From positions 960,001 through 992,000 of the forward strand of contig OZ245768.1 in the NCBI GenBank assembly GCA_965227835.1: a DNA stretch of 32,000 bases. The letters are read 5' to 3'. The position numbers and the translations under genes are program-made. Numbering within the stretch: the stretch's first letter is position 1; each line of letters opens with the position of its first letter. The notes under the pieces are model-generated. The model was given only the letters and a program-made list of their open reading frames with translations. It did not search any database and was not told the origin of the DNA. The stretch is from Candidatus Saccharimonadota bacterium. GTDB lineage: Bacteria; Patescibacteriota; Gracilibacteria; BD1-5; UBA6164. Below, piece after piece: positions 12,209 to 23,789 of this stretch.

Positions 12209-12348
12209 AAAATTTTTTAACAAAAAAAACTACAAAGTAAATATATTTTGCCTTGATAACAAGTATTTTATAATATAATAGCAGAGGTCTTTAATAAACT
12301 TTAATTGTATAAGACTATATTTAGTTTAAATAATAATTCTTAAAAATT

Positions 12349-12534
12349 ATGAAAACTTTCTTTGCTCTAATTTTTACCTCTCTTTTGTTATTACTTGTAT
12401 CTTGCTGACATCATAAAGATATGTCAAAAGATTCAGAAACTGTAAGTCCTGAAACATGAACTGAAGCAGTTGAAGTATCTCAAGAAGAAGTTGATGCTAA
12501 TGCTTGAAATGAAGAAATGCCTGATTCTAATTAA
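12349..12534 (+). CDS. small acidic lipoprotein (61 aa)
   Basis: MKTFFALIFTSLLLLLVSCGHH. The lipobox LVSC is followed by Gly = TGA. An acidic tail follows. A terminator lies downstream. Confidence 0.6.
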
Positions 12535-12611
12535 ATTGACAGTTAGAAAATAACAAAATTTAGAATTTGTGATATATAAAACCCAAATTCTTACAAAATA
12601 TTAGCATAAAA

Positions 12612-12640
12612 ATACCAAAAATATTTTTGGTATTTTTTTT
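12612..12640 (+). terminator. intrinsic terminator
   Basis: Palindrome ataccaaaaata/tatttttggtat (12612-12633) followed by a T7 run. Confidence 0.6.
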
Positions 12641-12690
12641 AATGTATATATAATTTTTTATAAAAATAAATTGAAATCTAAGACAAGAAA

Positions 12691-14325
12691 ATGACCATAA
12701 AAGTAAAAAATAGTGATAATATATTTGATATAATAAGCAAAGTAAAAAAGTATAATACTAATAAAAAAAATATTGTTATTAACTTTCCTTTTTGACATGA
12801 TATTTTATACAATAAGATAGACTTGAAAAGCTTGAAGAAAGCTACGGATAAAAAGATAATTATAAAAACAAAGGATGTATTATCAAAAAAATTATGAAAA
12901 GATCTTTGAATAGAATACAATTTAGTAGAATGAGATTATATACCAAATCATAAAAAAGATTTATTAAAGTACAATTATAGTTTTTATGAATATCTAAAAT
13001 ATGAAATAAAAATTCTTATAAAAAATCTATTGTCTTTAATTTTAAAAAATAAAAAACACATAGATCCAAGAAAAAAATATTTGAAATACTACAAACAAAA
13101 GTGATATCTAACAGTATTTATATCAACATTATTTATCACAGTTCTAATGTTTATATACATATTTATTTTTGCAGTAAATAAAACCTATGTAGAAATAACC
13201 CCTAACATACAGATAAAAACAAAAGCTCAAAACTTTATTTTTGATACTTCAGACTCAAACAACTCTAATATAGATTTAATAGTGTTTAAATGAGAAACCA
13301 TTCTTACAGAAAAAATAAAGACAACCTGAGCAGGACAAAAACAAAGAAATAAATCTAGGTGAATAGTAACACTTTATAATAATTTAAAACAAGAGATAAG
13401 AATACTAAAAGAAACAAGACTAGAATCTGAAAATGGAATAATCTATGAAACAAATTCTTATGTAATAATTCCACCTGCAGTTGAAAATAAAAAATGAGAA
13501 ATTGTGCCTGGATCAAAGAATGTAGAAATAACAGCAAAAGTAAGAGATAAGTATTGAGAAAAAATATGATCTAGATGAAATATAAAAGAAAAAGGAGATT
13601 TACTGATACTACCTTGATTGGACAAAGAATTTCAAGAGGATATTTATGCAAAAGTACCTTGAGAAATAAGTTGATGAAAAGATATTTTTGAAAAAGTAGT
13701 GTCTGAAGATGATATCAAAAATGCTAAAATATTTTTTACAGAAAGCATAAAAAGAAAAATAAGTAAGAAGTTAATAGAAAGTATAAATAAAACAAATAGT
13801 AAAAACAATGTTAGTTATAAGATACTTCCAATAAACGATATATATAAATATTCTGATTTGTTTATAGATATATGAAATTTGGAAGTGGGACAAGAATTGG
13901 AAGAGTTTATAATAAGTTGAAGTATAAAAGCAGAAACATACACATTCAATAAAAATTCTGTAATTTCAAAGCTAAAGTGATCAATAGAATGAAGTATACT
14001 TCCAGAAAAAGAAACTCTTTTGTATATAAACGATAAATCTTTGGGAGTTTTTCCAGAAAAGTGAGTTATTTATAGGGTAGAAGATCCATTTAAGGCTAAG
14101 GTAACACTAGAAATAGAATACCATGTAGAATATAATTTCAAGTGAGAAAAAGATAACTATATAAAGAGATTAAAACAAACTATAGCTTGACTACCTATAC
14201 AGAAAGCTGAGAAAATTCTTATAAATGAGAGTTTAATAAGTAATGCTAATATAAGAGTAAGACCTTTTTTTGTGAAAAATGTTTCTAAATATTTAAATAA
14301 TATAGAGTTTGATACCAATGATTAG
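12691..14325 (+). CDS. single-pass membrane protein of unknown function (544 aa)
   Basis: 1635 nt, all triplets checked. One TM (LTVFISTLFITVLMFIYIFIFAV) at about residues 140-165. The large C-terminal part is predicted extracytoplasmic. About 25 in-frame TGAs. There is a weak resemblance to proteins annotated baseplate-J-like in CPR genomes; this is from memory and unverified. Confidence 0.75.
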
Positions 14326-14475
14326 AAGAATTTAGAGAGATCTATTTAAGGAAAATCTAAAGAATTCTTTAATTCTTATAAAATAATAAATTTCTTAAAT
14401 CCTCATTATAACATCTATGAAAAATACAAACTACTTGAATAAAAATTTTTCATTTTTCAGAAAAAAGTTTATGAA

Positions 14476-15165
14476 TTAAAAAATCTCATAATTCATTATC
14501 TTATGTGTAACAAATTTATATAGTTTAGCTGGTCTATTTGTAGTTTTATCTATCTCTCAAGTTTCTTGTATAATTCAAAGTTTCAATATCTTTTTTTGAA
14601 AATTTCGTTTGTCTATATCTTTATCTAAAATTATTTCATAAATTTTCCTAAGTTCGGTAATTCTAAATTTGTCAGGAAGTATTTCTTTTGCTACATTGGT
14701 GTATCATATTTTTGCTTTTAGCCTTTCTCTAGAATATTTTATTATTTCTTTATGATCATATAGTATATTAAATTTATCTAAGTCTTTATATTTTACTAAA
14801 TCTACCTTTGTAAAATCTATAAGGCTTAAGAATTTTGCTCATCATACCAAAGCATAATATGATATAGAAAGTACATGACCCCTCCTATCTCTTTTTGGAT
14901 CTCAAAATGTATATAGCTGTTCTTTATATATTCAGGTTATTCAAGTCTTTCTTTCAAGTATACTATCAAAATTTTCTTCCAAAGAGAATCATCAAGCGAG
15001 TATATTTCAAGGAAGTACATGAGAGTCTCACTTAAATTTATCAAGAACAACACAAAGTTCTCATTTATATATTGTAAATATTACTATATCAATTGAAGGA
15101 ATAGGAATACTTAGTTTAGTATTCCATAAATCCATCATTTCTTCTTTTTTTAATAGATATCCCAT
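14476..15165 (-). CDS. Nudix-fold protein with C-terminal winged-helix domain (NrtR-like, 229 aa)
   Basis: 690 nt. The Nudix-box region GGFSLEENFDSILERKTGITGI lacks the REUxEE glutamates. The C-terminal half, RPAKLYKF-type, resembles the NrtR DNA-binding domain. Confidence 0.75.
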
Positions 15166-15471
15166 ATTCTAATTATTTATTTTTTGTATAATATACACTT
15201 AGTTTATTTTTTACTCCTAGCTTGTCAAAGAAAAAGAATGAATAGCTTTAAAAGCAAAAAATTGTTTTATTCTTTCTTTCATATTTTTCTTCTAAAATTT
15301 ATCAAATTTTTTTATGTGTGTGAGTTCATAAAGGATTATTGAACATAATATAAATATAAAATGAATATCCTTTTAAAAGATATAAAAGAATTTTATAGAA
15401 AACTCCACAAAAATTGATATTTAGCTATTTTCAAATAAAATACAAAAAATTTAAATCTTTTAAGATAAAAA

Positions 15472-16551
15472 ATGAAATTTAATTTAGACAGCTTAGTTTT
15501 GGAATTTGAAGAATTGGAACTCAAATTATCAAATCCAGAAATATTTAAAGACCAAAAAAAAGTTAGAGAAATAAGCTCTAGAAAAAAACAAATATCAAAA
15601 ACTGTAGAAATTTACAAAGAATATAAGAATTTTATTCTATCTTTACAGCAAAACAAAGAAATGTTAAAAGATGAGAAAGATGAAGAAATGATAGATTTAT
15701 TGAAAACAGAGATTTGAGAAACAGAAGAAAAAATTTTGAAATTGGAAGAAGAGATTACTTTATCACTATTGCCAAAAGATTCCAATGATGATAAAAATAT
15801 TATAGTTGAACTAAGAGCTGGTACTTGATGAGAAGAAGCATCTCTTTTCGCATGAGAACTTTCTAAATCTTATATAAATTTTGCTTTAGAACAAGATTTC
15901 AAAGTAGAAATAATTGAAAAAACAGAGTCTGAAACATGATGAGTAAAAGAAATAATATTTGAAGTAAAAGGAGAATGAGCTTATTCAAATTTTAAATATG
16001 AGTCTGGAACACACAGAGTACAAAGAATTCCCGAAACTGAGAGTAAAGGTAGAGTCCATACAAGTGCAATAACTGTAGCAATAATGCCTGAAGTTGATGA
16101 TATTGATATAAATATAGAAGAAAGCGATGTGGAAATGACTTTTACTCGTGCAAGTTGAGCTTGATGACAGCATGTAAACAAAACAGACTCTGCCGTACAT
16201 TTAAAGCATATACCTACTTGAATACAAGTTTTTTGTCAAGATTGAAGAAGTCAGCATAAAAACAGAGAAAAAGCTTGGCAGATACTCAGAAGTAAAATAT
16301 ATTCATATGAAGAAGAAAAAAGACAAAAAGAACTTTGAGAAGCAAGACTTGCACAAGTAGGATCTGGAGATAGGTCAGAAAAGATAAGGACATATAACTT
16401 CCCTCAAGATAGAGTCACAGATCATAGAATAGGACAAAATTTTTCTTGATTGCCTTGAGTTATGTCATGAAGGCTAAAGCCTATTATTGATGCTTGTGCT
16501 GTAGCTGATGAACAGAAAAAACTTGAAGAAGCTTGAAAAAGCAAGCAGTAG
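15472..16551 (+). CDS. prfA: peptide chain release factor 1 (359 aa)
   Basis: 1080 nt. [45 protein letters not shown] (a PxT-type RF1 motif, not the SPF of RF2), [20 protein letters not shown] with GGQ = TGA TGA CAG at 16162-16170, [20 protein letters not shown]. Confidence 0.97.
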
Positions 16552-16594
16552 AAAATGAATTTTTAGATTTAAGTATATTATTTTTCCAAATAAA

Positions 16595-17002
16595 ATGATA
16601 AAATTATCAAAAAAATGATCATATGCTTTGAAGTCTATAGTTTATATAGCTGAAAGATCAAAAAAACTAATTAAAATTATTGATATCTCAAAAGACTTAT
16701 CTATATCTGAATCTCTTTTAAGAAGAATAATTTCTGAACTTGAAAAATCTTGAATACTAATTACAACAAAAGGTAGATTAGGTTGAGTTAAAATATGAAT
16801 GGAACTAAGCGATATTTCTGTTTATGATATATTGAATTCTGTATGAGAAGAACTTGGAATAAGTGAATGTAGCAAATGATTATATTGTGATAAAATAAAC
16901 CACTGTAACACAACAAATTTAATTTGAAGCATACAAAAAAGCTTTAACGGAATTCTAAAGCTCCAAACACTTGATAAAATTATATCCAAACTAAAAAAAT
17001 AG
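16595..17002 (+). CDS. Rrf2 family transcriptional regulator (135 aa)
   Basis: 408 nt. MIKLSKKGSYALKSIVYIAE..., ISESLLRRIISELEKSGILITTKGRLGGVKI. C-terminal Cys residues could form a cluster-binding site. Confidence 0.85.
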
Positions 17003-17086
17003 CCATTTCTGGTTATTTTTTTGTTAAATTAATAATTATGTATGTTGTAAAAATTAAGGAAAACATGAAAAATTAAATCATAATTT

Positions 17087-17437
17087 TTACTGAAATAAAT
17101 CACTTGCATTCATTTGTTTGTTTTTTAGGTTTTTATCAAGGTCAACTATCTCACTATCACTTATAGTATTTTTAAATTTTTTTATGGATTTAAATCTATC
17201 TTTTAAATTCTCCATTTTCCCTTTCATATCTTTCAAAGGACCTATATCAACCATCATCAACTGTGATTTTACTATTCAATGTTTTCAACATCTAGGGCAA
17301 GAAATATCAAAATTTACAGTATTTCAAGCTGCTCAAACTATATCTATATTTGACTCCTCTATTCATGAGTTACAATCTGGGCACTTATAACTTGTTTTCA
17401 ATGATTCAACTAAATTTTTAAGTGTTTCGTATATCAT
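17087..17437 (-). CDS. small zinc-ribbon protein (116 aa)
   Basis: 351 nt. CPDC...CPRC (two CxxC pairs), followed by a charged C-terminal tail. The opposite-strand track ORF 17118..17390 is its antisense artefact. Confidence 0.6.
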
Positions 17438-17545
17438 TTTTTAAATGTTAATTTTTTAAAACCTATATTTTATATAACTTAGTACTATTTATTAATTTTG
17501 ATTCAAAATCTTGATAGGCTCAAGTAATCTATAAATAAGTATAAC

Positions 17546-19024
17546 CTATTTTTCAAAAAATTCCAAAACTTTTTTTATTCTAAAAATTGACTTTTCTCTA
17601 CCTAATATAAAAATCATTTCTAAAGCTCAAGGAGAATATACCTCTCAAGACAAAGCACACCTCACAGGCCAAAGAACTTGTCAATTTTTCATATTTTTTA
17701 ATTTTATTTCTTCTATAAAAAGATTTTTTATTTCTGAGATACTCTCAAAGTCATTTTTGTTTTCAAGAATCAAAAGAGATATATCCAAAGATTTTTTAAC
17801 CATATCTAAATCACTTATCTTCATTTTTTCATTAACAAAAATTTCTTGATCTAAAATTCCAGGTTCATCATAAAAATAAGAGGTAAACTCTCTGAATTCA
17901 TCAAATTTTTTTATTTTACTTTTAATCTCTTCAAGTACTTTTTTGTTATAAGACTCATCAAATTTTTGTATTTTTTCAAGAAATATAGAGTCATACCTAG
18001 ATAAATAATTCAGAAGTTTGTCATAAAGATAATTTATATCTAAATTCTTTATGTAATAAGAATTGAAAAAATTTAATCTATCTAAATCAAATACAGCTCA
18101 TGACTTATGTACTTGACTTAAATCAAATCTTTTTATTAACTCTTCTATATTAAAAAATTCTTCTGTTGTTTTAGGATTCCAACCCAAAAGTGCTATATAG
18201 TTTATAATACTTTCACTTAAATAACCTTTTTCCATATAACTTTTTACAGAAACATCTCCTGTTCTTTTTGAAAGTTTTTTCTTATCTTTTCACAAAAGTA
18301 GGGGTATATGAGAAAATATTGGAACTTCCCATCAAAATGCTTCATACATTATAACATGCTTAGCTGTACTAGGAGTCCATTCATCTCATCTTATTACATG
18401 ACTTATTCACATTAGGTAGTCATCAACTACATTAGCCAAGTGATAGGTAGGATATCAATCTGTTTTTAGAATTATTTGATCATCTATATCTTTTGAACTA
18501 ACTTTAATTTTTCACTTTATTAAGTCTCTAAATTCAATTTCTCTATTTTCAGGTACCTTTAATCTTATAGTATAAGTTTCTCAAGATTTAAGTTTTTGCT
18601 CTATTTCATTATTACTCAAAAATCTACATTTTTTGTCATACTTCGTTGGAAGATTCATTGATTGTTGTTGTTCTCTAAGTTTATCTAGCCTTTCACTACT
18701 GCAAAAGCAGTAATATGCTTTGTCTTTTTCAATAAGCTCATCTACATATTTTTTATAAATATGAAGTCTTTCAGATTGATAATAAGGTCATAAATTTCAA
18801 GGATTATTTGGTCATTCATCAGGGATTAATCACACAGATGCTAAAACTTCAAGCATATTATCTACACTTCATTCTACAAATCTAGTTTTATCAGTATCTT
18901 CAATTCTAACTATAAACCTCCCATCATTTTTTTTGGCAAATAAATAATTATACAAAACAGTCCTTAAACTTCATATGTGTAAATATCCTGTGGGACTCGG
19001 AGCAAATCTAGTAACTACTTTCAT
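17546..19024 (-). CDS. gltX: glutamyl-tRNA synthetase (492 aa)
   Basis: 1479 nt, all triplets checked. [21 protein letters not shown] (HIGH, with G = TGA), KKLSKRTGD (KMSKS). Confidence 0.95.
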
Positions 19025-19058
19025 ATGTTTTTGGTTACTAATAAAATATCTTTAGGGA

Positions 19059-19253
19059 CAGAGATTTAAAAATAATTTTATGAGGATTAAAGATTTTTCA
19101 TACTAAATTTCATCTAAAAAGTTAATAATCTTATACCGACAAATGGCTTTAAATATTTGACAATTAACATTACATCAACAGAGGGCTTTAAATATTTGAT
19201 GAGTAGGTTTCTATCAACAAATAGCTTCAGACATTTGATAAAAAGAACTTTGG
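19059..19253. repeat. degenerate tandem array with 39-bp period (3 clear plus 1-2 eroded units)
   Basis: Units start at 19137, 19176 and 19215: c[ga]acaaatggctttaaatatttgac / caacagagggctttaaatatttgat / caacaaatagcttcagacatttgat. An eroded unit sits near 19059 (acagagatttaaaaataatttt). The array lies between the smpB stop and the gltX start. Confidence 0.6.
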
Positions 19254-19273
19254 AAAAAATAATCTTTTTTATT

Positions 19274-19747
19274 CTAACTATTAAAATTTTTCATCATTAT
19301 TTTAGCTCTTCTATCCATATCTCTTTCTTTTAAAATTTGTTTTTTTTGATAAAGTTTTTTTCATTTTACAAGTCAAACACGGACTTTTATCAAACTTCAT
19401 TTGAAATAAAGTTCCAGCGGAACAACAGAATATCAAGATTCTTTCATTTTACCAAGTAAAAAATCTATCGTTTTTCTATGTAAAAAGACCTTTCTATCTA
19501 AACTTGGATCTAAGCTGGATTTATTAGGTAAAGATTTCCAAATACTTATATGCATAGATTTTATATAAAGATCGTTGTTATTGCAAGTAATATAGCTTCA
19601 TTTTAAATTTACAAAACCCTGCCTTAGAGATTTTACTTCATATCACTTTAGAGATATTCCTGCTTCCCAGCTATCTAGTATTTCATAATCAAAATATGCC
19701 TTTTTGTTGGATGTAATTGTGGTAGAATGTTTTTTTTTATTTTGCAT
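19274..19747 (-). CDS. smpB: SsrA-binding protein SmpB (157 aa)
   Basis: 474 nt. [63 protein letters not shown]. Confidence 0.93.
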
Positions 19748-19755
19748 ATTATAAA

Positions 19756-20910
19756 CTATCTAAAAATACTATCTTGATTGTCAAGTACATAGTCTAATGA
19801 TTTTCATTTAAAATACCAGTCCCATTTCATATAATCTGAAATAGAGTACTTTCAAACCTTATCTTTATTATAAGGATTTTTATGTATTGGGAAGTGTAGA
19901 TGATATTTTTTATAGTCTTTTTCAGGGACACCAGAGATACCTATTTTTCAAACTACTTGCGAAGGCATAACTATATCTCAAACTTTTAAATTATTATTTG
20001 AGGATGAAAGATGAGAATAAAAAATCACATCTCATTTGCTAGTTTTTACCCAAATTTGATTTCCTCTAAGAATATCTAAATTCTTTAATTTATCTTCGTA
20101 AGTCAAATTATCTCACCTATTTATTCTTTCCAAATCAGAAAATTTAAATCAATCAATTATTCTAATTATTTTTCAATAATCAATTGATATTACCTCAGTA
20201 TATAAAGGGGCATCTATATCCCATCAATGATGTATTCAATCAGTATAAAAATCTCTATATGGTCTTCTGGCATTTGGTATTTCACTTTTATTTCTAGGTA
20301 GTTTATAATTTCAAGCTACAGGGATAACATATTTTTGCTTTCTAAAACTAAGTATTTCATTTAGAAAAGATTTTTGATACTCTAATTCTTTCAGTCTTCT
20401 TTTTATTTGAGCTTTTAAAAGAGGAGAGTTTGTAATATTTTCTTTTAGTTTAGAAATATTTTTATCTATATTTTTACCAATATTTTGTAAAGAGGAATTA
20501 CTTCTATCAACAAAAAAATCAAATAATCTAGATTTAGAATAGAGGTTTAGTTTTAATTTGGATCATTTAACTATATCTAAGTCATTTGTTTGTAAATATA
20601 CTAAAGGGGATAGACATTCTTCTAAATATTTAACCCTAAACACATATTTATCGTTTCTAGAATCTATAAATTTTCAGTCTATCTTACAAGGAGAGTTTAT
20701 CTTATATTGACTTAAATCATTTCCACTAAAATAAAAAATATAGTTATTATTTAATTTATAATCATCTAAAAATACATTTTCTGATAGAATTTCTACTTTA
20801 TCTATCTTGGGGTTAAAAACCAAATCTGTTCAAAATACTGTTATTACTCAAGATGTTACACAAATAATTAAAAATATATATAAGGATATCGTTTTAAAAA
20901 AGTTGTTCAT
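19756..20910 (-). CDS. membrane-anchored M23 family metallopeptidase (384 aa)
   Basis: 1155 nt, all triplets checked. N-terminal TM. GIHHGWDI (HxxxD) and KKYHLHFPI (HxH). Its stop is 8 bp from the smpB start. Confidence 0.88.
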
Positions 20911-21027
20911 GGGTATAAAAAGGAATTATGTTTTTAGTATTAGTATAAATTAATGTATAGCTATTAATTCAAAAGAAAAAATCAAAGTGGGATTTTCTAT
21001 TTGAACAAAAATATCAGAAAGTAAAAA

Positions 21028-23274
21028 CTATCTAATTTGAAAAAGTCTTCATCTAGAATAAATAGTTTCTTCTGTTGGAGAGGTTATAGCCGGTATTATA
21101 GTATCACATTTTCTCAAAGTTGATCTAAAATCTAGGCTAGAATTACAAGGACATGAAACACAAACTACATTTCAAAATATAAATCAAGAGTCTTTTTGAT
21201 CTATCAGGCATTCTCAAAGTCAATCTAAATGATTGGAATCACTTTCTTCTTCTATAAATATTGGGCATCAGTTATTATTTGATTCTCATTTTACAAGAGG
21301 GCAGGTATCTTCACAATCATTTTTTCAATCTCAATCATAATCATTAGAACATATATTTTCAAGTACTTTTATCATAGTATTAGCTTTTCCTATAAGTCAA
21401 TTACTATCAACAACTGTTAGAGTTACTTCATATAATCCCTTGTTTAGAAAAATATGTTTTAAAAGTTTTAAAATACTTGTGTCTCCATCTCACAAGTCCC
21501 AGGTATATTTATAAGGTCATTCTCATCAAAAAACTATGGGTTTTAAGTCTACCTCCAAAGGTCAATTTCATACTATGGGATTAGCATCTATAGAAACAGT
21601 AAGTGATATATCTTCTTGTTCTCATACTACTTTTATAACAGTAGTTACTTCAGATTCTAATCAATTTGAATCAACACATCTAGTCGTTACTTCATATACT
21701 CATGGTTCTTCAAATGTATGGGTAGTATCTTCTCACTCTCATGTGTTTCAGTCCCCATAATCCCAAGAGCAAATATGAGGTCAGGTTCATCATTCTATTA
21801 TTCAATCAAAATTTACTTCAAGTGGTCATTCTCAATATACTTTATCTGCTATTACATCAAGTCATAATCAATCAGAAGAATCTTCTCATGTTACTGTTAT
21901 AACAGTAGTTACTTCAGATTCTAATCAATTTGAATCAACACATCTAGTCGTTACTTCATATACTCATGGCTCTTCAAATGTATGGGTAGTATCTTCTCAC
22001 TCTCATGTATTTCAGTCCCCATAATCCCAAGAACAAATATAAGGTCAAGTTCATCATTCTACTATTCAATCAAAATTTACTTCAAGTGGTCATTCTCAAT
22101 ATACTTTATCTGCTATTACATCAAGTCATAATCAATTTTTTACTCAATATATAGTCAAAGTATTATAAACTTCTCAAGTATTACCACAGTTGTCTGTAAC
22201 TCTTAAAAATACTTTGTATTCTCAAGGAGATAGAAAATTGTAATTGTCTATATATTTTCAATATTTTATAGTTTGTTCTCAAGTTTTTTCATTGACAAAC
22301 CTCCGAATATATCAGCTTTCTTCGTCAATTCATTGCTCACATACTCATCAAATTTCAGAATCAAAATCTAGTGTATCATCATAATCTTGCAAACTACATT
22401 CTCAGTTTAAAGACTTTTGTTCATCACAAGTTTGATCAAACATAATAATTTTTATAGCTAGTTCATTATCACTTATGTAAGAACAAGAATTAGCTTTTAG
22501 TGCCACAAAAGCCATTTTTAAAAAATCTTGTTTAGTTATCAAAGTTGTAGGCCTTAGGTAGTCTCAGGATTTTTCTACTAGTTTATAGATTTTTTCATTT
22601 CAAGAAGAGTCATAATCCAATACCTCATATTCTAAGGCTTTTTTGAAATATGGATAAAAAGAATTAGCTGTTCCATCATCATAAAGTGCTTTCATATCAA
22701 GGGCTAAATCAGGATATGCCTGTCAATTTTCAATCCCAGAAGTTATTACATTTGCTTCTTCAACTGTCATTATTCATCACATTCTCATTACAACTGCCAA
22801 AGCTTCCTCTAGTTTTATATTATTTTTTGTACAAAATGGTATTTCTCAATCTTCTTGAGTTCAATCGCTACACTGGACTCATTGGTCATAACCTAAAACA
22901 AATTCATTTTCTTTAGCATATGAAATACAATAGAAGTTCTTATTATCTAGTCATACATCAAAAAAAGGTTTTTGTGTATAGGAGTCTATAAATTCTTGTA
23001 AAGTGTTTGGGGGGATACATTTTTGACAACTGGTTTCAACTGCTATTCATACAAAATCATCTCTGTTTAATAATCTATCAGGGTGAAATTTAAAATCAGA
23101 TTCTGGTTCTATTATTCACATATCATATAGGGTTTGAAGTTCATAGTGATATGTATAATCTTTTCCTATATCTAAAAATACATTTTCTACTTTTATAATA
23201 GACTCTGATAAAACACTAGGGACGAAAAACCAATATAATGATATTATAGGTAATAGTATTTTTATTAATTTCAT
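21028..23274 (-). CDS. large secreted surface protein: SLH-like N-terminal region, four PKD-like domains, TSP3-like Ca-binding motif, Cys-rich C-terminus (748 aa)
   Basis: 2247 nt, all triplets checked. Signal peptide MKLIKILLPIISLYWFFVPSVLS. The PKD signature repeats: GPLEVNFDG..GGTGPY.CSWDYGDGNTGEG.DTTHTFEEPGVYEVTTRCVDSNG. DYDGDGKNDCEDTCP resembles a thrombospondin type 3 repeat. Confidence 0.85.
21630..22157. repeat. two near-identical 264-bp tandem units inside the surface protein gene
   Basis: gtagttacttcagattctaatcaatttgaatcaacacatctagtcgttacttcatatactcatgg... starts at 21641 and again at 21905. The offset is 264 bp (88 codons, one PKD domain). Only a handful of substitutions are visible. 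Confidence 0.85.
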
Positions 23275-23318
23275 ATTCGTATTTTAATTATACTTTTGTT
23301 CTTGTGGGAAAAATATAT

Positions 23319-23780
23319 TTAAATTTTTTGTGTTTCTGATATGGCATACATAGCTATTCAAGATGCCACAGAAACATTTATAGATTCTTTCTTTCATTTC
23401 ATATTTATACTAACTTTTTTGTCTGATATAGTCAAAAATTTGGTGTTTACTCCAGAAATTTCATTTCATAATATTAGCACTACTTTTTCATATTTTTCTA
23501 AAAAAAGACTTTTATAGTCTATTGAGTCTTTTGTAATTTCAAGAGAAATTATCTCATATCAATTTTTTTTTAATTCTTTTATTATAGGTATTCAGTCTTT
23601 ATAATATTCCCAGTCTATCCAGTTTTGTGCTCAAATAGCTGTTTTTGATATAAAAGATCTAGGAGGTGTTGGGGTATATCAGCTTAGGATAATTTTTTCA
23701 AAACCAGATGCATCTGCATTTCTAAATATAGATCATACATTTTGCATACTTCTTATATTATCTAAAAATACTATTTTCAT
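23319..23780 (-). CDS. SpoU/TrmH-family RNA 2'-O-methyltransferase (153 aa)
   Basis: 462 nt. NIRSMQNVGSIFRNADASG, VLILGNEISGV, INMKGKKESINVSVASGIAMY (SPOUT knot motifs). Confidence 0.85.
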
Positions 23781-23789
23781 AAATATATG

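Noticed and set aside
12691-14325. Prophage or tailocin remnant, based on a possible baseplate-J-like resemblance.
   Set aside because: No other phage-like genes are nearby, the protein has a TM anchor, and the resemblance is only from memory.
15238-15438. Two tiny ORFs (36 aa at 15238..15348 and 25 aa at 15361..15438) in the divergent spacer upstream of prfA.
   Set aside because: They are too short, have no motifs and lie in AT-rich promoter DNA. They cannot be supported from sequence alone.
19059-19253. The 39-bp repeats as a CRISPR array.
   Set aside because: The units are contiguous with no unique spacers, are degenerate, and there are no cas genes in the window.
19025-19273. A T-box leader upstream of gltX.
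   Set aside because: No T-box sequence (GGUGGUACCGCG-like), no specifier-loop architecture and no terminator/antiterminator pair could be found.
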